Shown here: piece by piece, positions 23,186 to 36,000 of the stretch
How the letters are laid out: each line of letters starts with the position of its first letter
Numbering within the stretch: position 1 is the stretch's first letter
NCBI GenBank assembly: GCA_012295275.1
Contig: CM022679.1
Coordinates: 26,784,001-26,848,000 of the forward strand
Reading direction: 5' to 3'
Source of the DNA: Chrysomallon squamiferum
Lineage: Eukaryota; Animalia; Mollusca
Length of the DNA stretch: 64,000 nucleotides
Program-made: the position numbers and the translations under genes
The notes under the pieces: model-generated
What the model saw: the letters and a program-made list of their open reading frames with translations, nothing else
Database searches by the model: none
Told to the model about the DNA's origin: nothing

Positions 23186-24676
23186 ATGGCTAATGAACCC
23201 GATATCTGCAGTAAGTATATCTGTCTTTCTTTCTGTAGTGAACAAGTCATTATGACAAATGAAATAAATATGTTGGTTGATAAGTGTTTATTGTCATAAC
23301 AAGTACAAAACTTTATTTTGTCTGATAACCTTGACCTGTTGCAGAAACCAGTAATCATTGCATGAAATAAGAAAAACTATTCAAAAAAAATCGAACAAAG
23401 CAGTTAGTGTGTGTGTATGAATTAGATATTACAAATCTTATTGTCGATTATAAATAAGATTATCAAATGTTAAGTGAATTTAACTTGACTTACTTATCAG
23501 TTATATAATTGTCATACAGTGTTCACCGTTAAATATTTCCAGTCAAAATAGTATCTAGCTTGATGGCAGTGGCAGTTTTACATTCATTTTTCAGTTGTGA
23601 AAAATAACTGGGAAATTATATTTTAAAAGTAGATTTTCTTTGTTGAGTGTTACAATAATTTTAGATTCTGTGAGTTATTTTGATGATTAAAAAACAAACA
23701 AAAAACACTAACATTATGATGAGAAAAATATGTTTAATAATTGTGGATAAAAACAGTGGTTAGTGATGTAAATATGAACAAATATATATATGATATATAT
23801 ATTGATTTCTGGTGCACAGTTATTAATAATATCAACAGTATTTGATATAAAGAAATACTTAAAATTGTACAGTATATTAATGTATAATCATTTTCACTTA
23901 AGATAAACGTTGATGTGGTGAAGATGTGATCCAAATAATTATAATTATTGTAGAAGGTAAAACTAGAATAGCATTGCCATGTCGGTGGCAGTCATCATTG
24001 GTTCCTGGTAAGCCACTGTCGCACTCGCTGCCTTTCAAGGATAACTTGAAGGTGTCCATAGCTTGAAATAAAGATGGCCAAATTCTCTGTCACAGTCAGT
24101 GGCTAATGATTCAAGTTCCCAGAGTAGCAAAGAGCCAGTAGCTGGAGATAAAGATGGCCAACATTACAACACCACAGCCAAGAAGATGAGCATTAAAGAA
24201 ACGAATGAATATTTTAAGGAGGATAATAAATTGTGTTCTGGTGTAGGAGGAACAGTTTATAAAGATTCAGATTTTTATTGCATGTTTAATTTCAAATACA
24301 TGTAGAAAATCTAGCCATTTGTTTAAGACGTTGCAAAACATGTTTCACGAAGTCTGCCACTTTGATTAATTTTTTCAGTTTTCTTACCATCAGCAAAATT
24401 AAAATGTTGCCTACCTGTTTAATTTTCTTTTCTTTTCTTATGCTTTGTTGTTAATCAAAAATTATTCCAAAAAATATATATCGCAATAACTTGGAAGTAT
24501 ACAAAATTTATTTAATCCTTTCATTGGATTCATATTAACTGAAACTTTTCATAACTTGAATATTCATGGTGCATTATTCATTTGTTTTGCTATTATAGGA
24601 TGTAAGCAGTATAATGACGCTGACATGGTTGCATAATGATATTGATAAAGAAAGCATGCAGACATCTTTTGCAATG
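23186..24676 (+). pseudogene. Relic D: truncated pseudogene of the same family
   Basis: ATG exon 23186-23210; DED exon deleted at ~23340; linker/Gly-loop exon ~23954-24264 has an in-frame TGA and a donor mutated to AT (aaag|attcag); subdomain II exon 24599-24676 has a deletion through the VxxK motif; no later exons found. Confidence 0.8.
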
Positions 24677-24698
24677 GTAAAGCTTACCACATATTTTA

Positions 24699-24737
<39 letters not shown>

Positions 24738-27700
24738 TTTTTTTTTTTGCATGCACACATTCAAAGCACAGAGCAAAAACGTTGATACTGCTGTTGTGAG
24801 GCTAGAATGCACATAGTTCATTACCCCATCAAATTTGATAACTAATGTTTTAGACAAGTATGACTAAAATTCTTTTGAAAAAATAAAGTGACTTAGACTA
24901 AAATAAAAGCAACGTAAAGAAATAAATTAGTTTTGTAAAGTATACAGGGTTAGGGTCTCTCCACCTTTTCGTGGACAGGGGTCTGCAGCTTAGAAATCTT
25001 TTAACTCCTTTGGCAGGACTCAAAGCAAAACTTATAGAAATATAATGATTCCATCTCTAATTAGGATTCAGTTGAATGATTTTGTATTTAAAGTTAGCTT
25101 TCACAAAACATGTAAATAAATTTTGTTTTTATTTTCTTTTGTATTATTACAAAATATATTTCCAGATTAATATACTTAAGCTAATGGACGAGGGTAGTTT
25201 TATACTATTCCGATAATTGGTTTGAATTTACCCTGTCGTAGTGTTTTTAAAGTTTACAAATCTTACGGGGTTTTTTTGTTTCGATTGTGTTGTTCGTGCA
25301 GCTGACATTTTGTCAGCAGCTGAATTAAAATACAGTAAAACGTATGTGATTTCACAGGACAACTAAATTGTGAGGTACATTTTAATTATTTTCTCTTTTA
25401 TTATCAGTTTTTAAATTATGCTAAATTAGGCAATTAAACCAAGACCTTCCTCTGTACCCAGTATAACACACACAGCATTTCAATATTAATTTAAATAAGA
25501 TTTATTAATTGCGACGAAGTATTTTATCTGTGTTGGTCACATGTTCCTTCTGAGTCATGTGATCAGCTGATTGTTGTCGTTCTGCCAGGAGAGATAAATA
25601 TTTCTGATTAGTATCAGAACCTGAATTTATGCGGTGCGCTGCTGTTGTGTAAATATATATATATACACACCTGCAGTTATTAATTTTTCAAAAGTAATGA
25701 CATTCAGTATATTCATTTGATAATAATGGCTTGGCACGATCTGAATTAACATAATTTGCTAACATGTTTCTATTTTATCTTTGTGAAATGAAAGACATAT
25801 TGTAAAAAAATATAAAATTATTGTACAACAACAACATCTGCTAGTAGTACTATTACTACTATTAATACTAAATAAATGCTACCATCACGCTACTACTACT
25901 AATAATAATTGATCTGTTAATTACTTTTGTTATTTTATTTTAAAGTAATTACACATTTCTTTCTTCACTTCACTAAGCCCACTAAGGGGATTCAAAACGT
26001 GACTAAACAGAATAAAGTGTTTCGCCTCGGTAAACAAACAGAATGTTAACTTCTGTTATCTGTATATACCTGACTAAATGCCAACCTCATTTTATGTTGT
26101 TGTTGTTTTTTTCTTTTATCTGAGCCAGATCTAGTATCAAGTTTTTTATTCAAATTTTTAAATAAATAAATAAATAATCATCATGGAAAACTAATAATAA
26201 TGCTGATGATAAAAATAAAATGGCAATAATAATAATAATCATGATAAACTAATAAAATTATGATGTTATTTATTATTAATGTTATTAGTTGTATTATTAT
26301 TCCCAAAGCACAGAATATGGACTGTTTAATTAATTAATTTATTTATTTATTTATTTTGTATTGGTTTTTCAGTGTTTATGGATACAGGTTCTTTTAATAT
26401 ATGTGTGTGTATGTGTGTGCTTTTTTTTTTGGTATAAGTATCTTTATTTTCATAGATCAATACATTTTCATCCTACTCTTCTTCCTTTTATTGTTATTGT
26501 TTTAATATTACACATATGGTTATTTTATAAAGAATATTATAGAGGACATATTGTTTTTAATATCTCTATGGGTTTTTGGGGGAGATTTTTTAGGGGAGGG
26601 TTTGTGTCATGTATCTTTTCTAAAAATACACACATTAAAAGACATTTGTCTATCTATTTGTCTATATCTTATGGATAGATACGTACATACGTACACAAAC
26701 ATATATGTATGTATATAGAAGTGTTTGTGATTAAGTATTTTCCCTAAAACCAATCAATAAATAAATAAGTAAATAAATCAATAAATAAACAATATTAATA
26801 CTCTCTCTGACAGAAAATAATAACTTTTAGTTATTGAGATTTGTCTCTCATACTCACACATGAGAGAGTGAAAGAGAGAGAGAGCTGATTTTGTCTGTAC
26901 TGTTTATCATATTCTGCCATAGAAACATATAAAAATATACTCTAACGTTATAAATGCTACAAAGGTGACATTAAAACAGCATCCAGAGATGGCTATCAGT
27001 GCATTTGCATTCTTCTTTCTTATGAATTTCTGCATTATATTCCCTCCTGTGTGCACTGAATTAACTTCATATTACCAAACATTTGAGAATTGCTCACATT
27101 TAAACAAATAGAAATATGCATGCTTGGTTTAGTCAAATAATAAAATATATAATATTATAATAACTTGAATTTAGTTGATAATATGATTAATGTATTTATT
27201 TATTTACTTACTTATTTATTTTAAATATAAGGAAATAAGCTATATAATACAGAGAATGAATATATATTATTATTTCATTATTATTATGTGTACATGACTA
27301 AAATCACATATTCACTCTGTGTACTGTTTTTCATTTGTACAGTTTATTTATATATGTTATGAAAAGACCTGATACCACCAGCTCAGTATTCAAGTCTAAA
27401 CAAGATTTAGTTGGCAGCTAAATGTATTGTCTTTCTAGGACCTAGACATTCTTTATTTGAACTGGTATCTTCCCTCATGGAGTGTCGTCTGTCAAACTGA
27501 CTTCTCTGAATTCATAACTGGAACAGAAAACTGAAAACATCTCTCAAAACAAAGGTAAGAAAATTAATTAATTAATTAATTAATTATTATTATTATATTA
27601 TTTGTGGTTGCCACTGTGCTAAGATATGTTAAAATAAACGTGAGTAATCAAGGCTTTGTTCTTTATAAAATTTGTGTATGTAATTTATTGGTGCAATTCT

Positions 27701-30700
27701 CATTGGTTAGAGTGGAGGGAGAGGTTTAGTGAGCAGAGAAAAGTAGCATCAGAAGTGGGTTTGTCTCATTCATCTTTCTTAAAGTCTGTTTGACAATTCC
27801 TTTATCAAAGGATGTGTTTTGTGATTATCAAGGAAAGGTAGCAGGTGGCATTATGAGAAATGATTTATTTTCTTCCAACGTCTGTAAGTCCTTAAACATT
27901 ACATATAAAGCTGTGTAACTGCAGATTAAAAATGTGCCAAATTCTCATTCAGTAACAAAGCCATTCATTTATTATGAGATTTTTGAAACGTGACTTCATA
28001 ATCATTACTTCTCTGAATGTCACGTTTCTTTTACTGTACACATTCCAGTTAGACTGTCATGAAAATGTGGGCTGGGTTATGTAGCATATGTCTATTACTG
28101 AGTAGAAATTGTTGCAAAGGTAACATTTTTTATTATTATTTTTTCTTTCTTTTCCTTTATTTATTTTTATTTATTTATTTATTTTTTTGTAACTGACCTT
28201 ATCTCACCTCCTATGTGTTTCATACTATATTTTTTCAAACATTATTACAACATCACTAGCAAAAAATTAAAATATATAAAATTAATTAAAAAAAATACAT
28301 TATCATAGACATTGGCAGATGAATAAAAAGATGACTACTCTCATCAGGTACCATTATGTGGACACGTTACTCTGCCAAAACTCCACAGCGGACAGTACAG
28401 AGTACATTGTAAAGCAATACTTGAAACTATTATAATTATTTATTTCCATTTTCAGTTTATTAGAGGTCAGATCAACAGCTAAAAAGCAAATTATTCACGT
28501 GTTATTTGGATGTATGCCATGATACGTTCATTAGTCCTTGATACAGTTTTTGCACAAAAACAGAAAAAATATTTATTTGGAACTTAATTTTTCACTTATT
28601 CTCGTTAAAACAAAAAGCATGTATGCAAACGAGTTTCCTATTGCAATTCTTTAAAAATCATTGCTCCATGCTATTTGAAGGTCATTCCTTCATTCAAGTT
28701 TCTTTTTTGTCATTATTTTTAAATATCATGATGTAGTATCCATAAAATTATTGAGCTTCATTGTGATATTTGACAACCAAGAGAGAATCAACTGACAAGT
28801 TTACCGTTTCAAAATGATTGTCACCAGGTATGTGCAGATAATCACCATGTGCACATAATCATTTTGCACAAATTGGCTGTTCCATTTAACCATATCCCTC
28901 TTGAGGATACGCACCATTTGCTTGCATTTCATTAGCTTATATTATGTTATTTCTGGGATATTCCAGCATTAAAACACAGACAGGAAATCCAAAAGCATTC
29001 TTGATTTTGAATATTTCCATTTGGTTGAGCTTTTCTATATCTGCACTGATTTTCAAAAAGTTACAAATTTTGAACTTGCTACAATCACTTAAGTAGAAAA
29101 CGTGACATGAATGAAAAATAGCTCGACATATTAAATTGTTTTTACCTCTTACTCAAGTTACTGTCTTTGAAATTCTATCAAGCAGTGATAAGCAAGGCAG
29201 TTGTTATCTTCACATGTTATTTGAAACATGGTCAGATTGCTAAAGTGTCATGGTGGTCCAAACTTCCTTCTGAATGACTTCAATTGACTTAGTCATCTTA
29301 AATTACTTACATATTACCTAAGAATGGTGGGAAAAAGATGTCCCTAATACATTGATATTTTTCATTCATAACTGTTTTGAGTCTCAGATGTTATGGGATT
29401 TTAAAATAAAAATGGCCACCTGATTGCAAATCAAACGAGCACATGCTACTGTATCCTATGTTGGTTCAGTTTTTATGGATCATTCAACCAAATTGTACGT
29501 TCCTTTTATATTGCTTTTTTCTTTTCTTTTTTTGTTTTAATATAAGAGTTTTCGATCATAAACCTCTGTTGTCTTGAATTGTGTTTAATTGTACGAAAAT
29601 AAGCAACTATTAATTATTAATTGATTTGAAATTACTGTTACTTCCATAATATTCAACATATTCACTTGATTTTCATGCCATTTTAATTTGGTTTCCAAGC
29701 TCTTTCCAGCTATGTTATTTGTTTTCAGATTTCATAATAACAATAATTTTATCATGGTTAAAAATACTAGTTAGTTCTAGAACTCATCAATACCAGCAAA
29801 CTTTATTCAGATAAAAATGTGTTATTTCTTTCATATCAGTGTTGTCTAAGAGATTTTGGTTTTATTTTAAATTGCATTTATATATATATATGTATGTATG
29901 GCTCCTACTAATTACTGACAACAAGCATTAATAAAATTAGGAATGTCTCTGTATGCTGTAACAAATTTTTGTTATAGGGTAAACATAATTAAGACAAAGT
30001 TGTATGTCCTTTGCTATGCATTTTGGAATCAACGTAGAGCAAAGAACAAGAAGAGAAATTAGAAACCAGTTGTTTTGACAGTTGTTAGAGGTTGTTTTCT
30101 AAAGCCCACGATAGTCACAAAAGCAGTTACTCGATCCAGAAGTGCAGAAAATGAACTAATTTAAAAATAGACCACTTTTGAATTATGTGTGCTTTTGGTT
30201 TCTGTGACACCAATTTCAATTGAGTGTAACTGTGCAGGTGATCTTTTCACAATAAGTTATTGTTTGCATTAGTTTACTCTCATTTTCATTTATTATCATG
30301 TCTAAAATTAGTAAAAGACTAGTAGAAATACAACCTGCTGATGAAAGGTGTATTATGTCTATACAAGTATTTTAAGAACTTTATGTCAAAACAAAAATCA
30401 AACGAGCTTTAGAAGTGTATTAATGTGTATGTGTTAAATACATTTTCATTTTAAGTAAAACTTTAGCCTGTCTCTAGAACCACCTGTGACACGAAGCTTG
30501 CTGAATAAATGATTCAGAACCAGTATTTATAATGCTGAAGTCACTAAGGAAATAGGTTTTTCTTAGAATGTACTAAAAATCCAGTATTCCTGTGATTGTG
30601 AAGTTAGGTAACAAGAAAAGCTGGAAATCTAACAAGCAAGCTGATACAGGGGAAAATAAAATATAAATAAAAGGAAATAATTGCTTTCTTTTCTTGAAAA

Positions 30701-33078
30701 GTTAAGGCAATGAAAATTAATTCTGAGAAGAAATAAGTAATTTATATGATAATAATTGTTTATTATTTCTTCTCATTCTTGCAGTTGTTGTTGTTGTTGT
30801 GTTAGGCAGAGTATTATGTTATTTTATTTTTATTATTATCTTTTTTAATTGTTAATAACATTGACAGGGGATCGTCAGTGTCAGCGTCCATTTTACTTTT
30901 GGAAGAAATTAAGTGTTGAACACAAGCTGTGATGATAATTTAATTTTGTTTCATTGATTTATTTATTTATATAATTGTTATTATTATTATTTCTTTAAAA
31001 ATATTATTCTTTTTGGGGAGGGAACCTTTCATTATTATTATTCTTATTTGTTTTTCTCTCCACAAAGCGGTGAATTTGCTCATATCTTTTCATAATCTTT
31101 TATATACTATTTTCTACTTATTTCCAGCACTGTCAATGTGTTTTATTACTTGTGTGTTCCTAAACAGCCTTGGTCTTAAATGTTTCTGATGTAACTAATG
31201 TAAGTACAAGGCTTGAAATTAACAGGCACAAGTAGCTCTAGAATGTTTCCATTTGCACCTGAAATGCATTTGTATTATCTAACATCTTCGTGCTAATAAA
31301 TAGTTCTTTTTTACGTTTATCACAAAAGTTAATAAGAAGCATTTCAGCTTTAAATGTTAAACTAGTAACAAATTACGTAAAAACTAGATGGTTTATAGGC
31401 CTATATCTATTCTGTTTTATTGAAATATGACGTAATATTAAAACGATATGAAATCTAATTTTGTCACTGCATGTATTATTTTCTCCATAAATAAATGGAA
31501 ATAACTAATTTATATCGTATTTATAGACAAGGCCATCACTAGCAGTAATCGTTTGTATTTTATCAGAACAATTTGTTTTCAGTTTTGGCTCTTACCCATG
31601 AATATCACAAAATGCCTCAAACATATCATAAATGCCTCTCTGCTAGATTCGAGCAATTTCAAAACTTGTATACTATATAAAGATGCAAATCTGCAGTGTC
31701 AGCAGATACCAAAAACTTCATACTGGGTCTTGTAATCACAATTTCCAATTTTCTTTATGTCTACTTTGAACAGTTCATGGTGAAAATACTGAACAGTCAC
31801 ATATAATTATAACAGTGTTGAGAAACATGTGTACATAATAACCTGAATGCAAACAAAAGCTGATGTATGTAAAGTTAGGATGTAAACAGTAGCTGATGTA
31901 CATAGCTGCTGTTGGAAAGTTAGGATGTATTTGTTTGTGAACACTTGCTTATGTATAGAGTTAAGTGTAAAACTGTAATCAGTGTTTCAAGTCGGTGAGT
32001 AAGCATATAGTTCATGAAAATGCCTTCTGATGCCTTTATAAGTTTTCAGTCTTTTCTTTGTGCTATTCTTAATATTGTTTTTGTTTTTCAGTACGGGTAA
32101 GAGGTATTGTAACTACTCGTTGTCTAAATCAATTAATATGAATTAACAATGATTTTTGTTTATAATATGGTGCTCTGTATCCTTTGAGATAAACACACTG
32201 AAAGCAAATACTAAGGTAAGAAAACTTTTTTATGTTGTTGCTTAGAATATGACTTACCAGACCTGCACCTTTAATTGCCCTTAGTTTCCTGATTATAGAG
32301 ATCTTATTGCTCCTGATTAGCACCTAATACTTCTCTGGAATGGGCTCTGAGGATTAGCTCTGTCTGTATATTACTGATTATTATAATTTAACATAAATGC
32401 TTTTTCTCCTTCTAGGTAACATGTATGTATGTATTTGATGCATGTCTGGTAACGGAGAGGTAGGTTTTTAATTTGTTATTTTGACTAAATTTTAAAAATA
32501 ATAATTAAAAAAATTTAAAATGAAAATTAATTTACTTTAGTACTTTAAAAAAAAAATTAAAACATGTTTGGTAATGAATGGACATTTGATAAAGACAGAC
32601 TATATATTATTAATTTGTGTTCACATATTTGTAATATTGAAGTGTAAAAGATCAAGTAGCATGTGTAAAGAAAGGTTGACATTAGTTGACTCTACAGTGC
32701 TTATTTGAAGTAAAAACATCGTAGTTGTTATGAAAAGTTTCTGTTTTAGAATAACAATAGGGTATGTTAAAATTAGTATAACTTTTTAATATTTCCTTTT
32801 GTCTTTACAAAAAATGTAAACAGATCTATAAACTAGATAAGAAAACTAATTTCTTTCCACATTTGGTATTTTCCTTGATCTTGACTATTTACACACACAC
32901 ACACACACACATGCACACACACACGTAACATCAACAACTAGTCACTGTTAAATCTGCACAGTTATTAATGTGTTCTCTGTATCTGTATTTGGAACAATTT
33001 ATTAATTTATTTTTTATTTTTTATTTAAGTGAAAATTTCATTGTTGCTGTGTGTATTTTTTAACTGTTGCTGAGAACA

Positions 33079-36000
33079 ATGGCTTCTGCAGCTGATTTCA
33101 GTGGTAAGTATGACTGTCTGTAGACAATGAGTCATTATGGCAAATGAAATAAGCATGCTGGTTGATAAGTGTGTATTGTCATACAAAGTACAAAACATTA
33201 TTTTGGCTGATAACCATGAGCTGCTGAAGTAGTTTACCATTATCTGAAATAATTCTGATGTCTCAGAATGGTGACTTGCTTTTTCTGTTATTTTCTTTTC
33301 AAGATGACGAAATGCGAGAAAAGCTTTCATCGATAGCAACAAAACTTGAATCTGAGGAACTAGAAAAATTAAAATTTATTTTTCGAGATGCTCTCACGGT
33401 AAAGGACAAAATCAAAACAGCACAAGATCTTTTTGATATATTATGTAAACGTAAAATAATAAGTCGAAAAAATATGGCATCCCTTGTAAAGGCTTTGGAG
33501 TTGATTCAGAGTGAAGATGCCATTGATATGATTGAGACCTTTTACAGAGAAGAGAAAAGGGACATCTTAAAAAATAAATCATGTGTTTCTGAATTTACTT
33601 CTCAACTTTATAAATTTGGTTCTGACATGAATGAAGAAGATGTTGAAAAATTGGCTTTTTGTTATAAAATTAAACAATATAACAATCGATGGGAACTGCT
33701 GATTCTGTTAAGCAAGAAAGGTGATTTGAAAAATGTGAAAAGTATTGAAAAGGTTAAAAAAAAGCTGGGGATTCCTTCAAATGAGAGACCAGCACATCAG
33801 CAGGAACATCGTCCAACTGAGCAATCATCAGAAACCGGTAATCATTGAATGAAATAAGAAAACAATAGTATCTATGTTGTATATGAATTAGATATTTATA
33901 TTACAAATATAATTTCCATTATAAACATAATTATAAAAATAAGTGAATTTAACTTGACTATTAGATACCTATCACAGTTAGATATTTCCATTCAAAATAG
34001 TATCAGCTTAGTTGCAGTTTTGCAATCCGTTTTCAGTTGTGAAAAACACCTGGGGAAATTGTAGTTTAAAAGTAGTTTTCTTCGTTGAATGTCACAATAA
34101 TGCAAGATAGTGTCGTAGGTACTTTGGGTGAAAAAACCCCAAAACATTGTGATCAGTAAATTGTGGTTGATAATTGTGGATAAAAAACAATAGTCAGTGA
34201 CGTAAACATAGCACTAAAATAAATACATTGATTTCTGGTGTTTAGTTAATAATAATATCAACAGTATTTAATATGAAAAAAATATATAAAAGTTACTTGA
34301 AATCGTATGATGTATCAACGTAAAATCATTTTCATTTAAGATAAACATTGATGCGGTGAAGATCTAATCAAGATAATTATAATTATTGTAGCAGGTCAAA
34401 ATGTAAGAGAATTACCAGATGTGCCTGAGGACACTGTGATTTATCACCATTGCCCTGACTACTCAAATTCCCAGTATAGAGAAGAGCCAAAAGCTGTGGA
34501 TAACAATGGCCAACCTGACCACACCACAACCAAGAAGATGAGAATAACAGAAATGAAGGAATATTTTGAGGAGAGTAATACATTAGGAGCCGGTGGAAAT
34601 GGAACAGTTTATAAAGGTTCCGATTTTTATTGCATATTTAAATTTCACATACATGTTGAAAATGTATTCCCAAACATGTTGTAATGAAATCTGCCAATTT
34701 TATTAATCGTTTCAGTTTTATCTGCAATCAGTAAAATTCCAATGTTGCCAACATTTTAATTTTATTTTCTTTTCTTACACTTTGTTATTACCAAAAATTA
34801 TTTCAAGAAAGATATATATCAGAATAACTTGGAAATATACAAAATTAATTTAATCCTTTTATTGGTAGGATCCTGGATGCATATTAACTGTTTATAAGTT
34901 TATTTTAATATGTATCACTTATAAGTAGTTTTTCCTGGTTCAGTGTCGCAACAATTTGAGATCCTGTGAAATCCATTTTGGGCTAAAAATAAAAGAGCTA
35001 AAAAATTTAAACATTGTGATCAGCAAATCATGATTGATAATTGTGGATAAAAACAGTTGTTAGTTATGTAAATAGTGTACTAAAATAAATACATAGATTT
35101 CTGGTGCATAATTATTAATAATATCAACTATACTTCATATAAGAAAATAATTCTTAAAATTGTACAATGTATCAATATAAAATCATTTTCATTTAAGATA
35201 AACATTGATGCAGTGAAGATCTAATCCAGATCATTATAATTATTTAGCAGGTCAAAATACAGCAGTAGTCCAGCGTGTGCCTCAGGGATCATTGGATTAT
35301 TCGCTGTCATCGTCAAAGGCTGATGATTCAAATTACCAGTATAGCCAAAAGCAAGTAACTGTGCATATCTATGGCCAATATGGCAGCATCACAGTGTGTA
35401 AATCTTGTTCAAAGTGCAGACAACATTTGCCTGATGGTTAGTTTCATCTTACCTGAGAACTGTTGACATCACTTTAAACTGCTGTTTTAGCATTGTTAAC
35501 ATATTTACAACAATTGATGTTTTGTTTATATGTTTATTTTAATATGCATGACTTATAAGTAGTTTTTCTTGGTTCAGTCTCACAACAATTTGAGATCCTG
35601 TGAAATCCATTTGGGGTAAAAAAAAAAAAGATAAAACAATTTAAACATTGTGATCAGCAAATCATGATTGATAATTGTGGGTAATAACAGTAGTTAGTGA
35701 TGTAAATAATGTACATAAATAAATACATTGATTTCTGGTGCATGGTTATTAATAATATCCAAAAATATATAATATATAAAGAAATATATATTACTTAAAA
35801 TCATGTGATGTATAAATGTAAACTCATTTTCACTTAAGATAAACATCGATGCATTGAAGATGTAACCGAGATAATTATATCACAAAAAAATGTGGCTGAT
35901 GATTCGAATTCCCAGTGTTGCCTAGAGCCAGTAGCTGTGTTTATCAATGACCACCCTGGCAGACAACATTTTTCTGATGGTTAGTTTCATCTTACCTGAG

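Noticed and set aside
33258-33848. Calling gene B CASP8, CFLAR or FADD, or the kinases IRAK4/pelle orthologues
   Set aside because: The DEDs splice to a kinase, there is no QACxG caspase and no death domain is seen; orthology cannot be shown, so no symbol is assigned.
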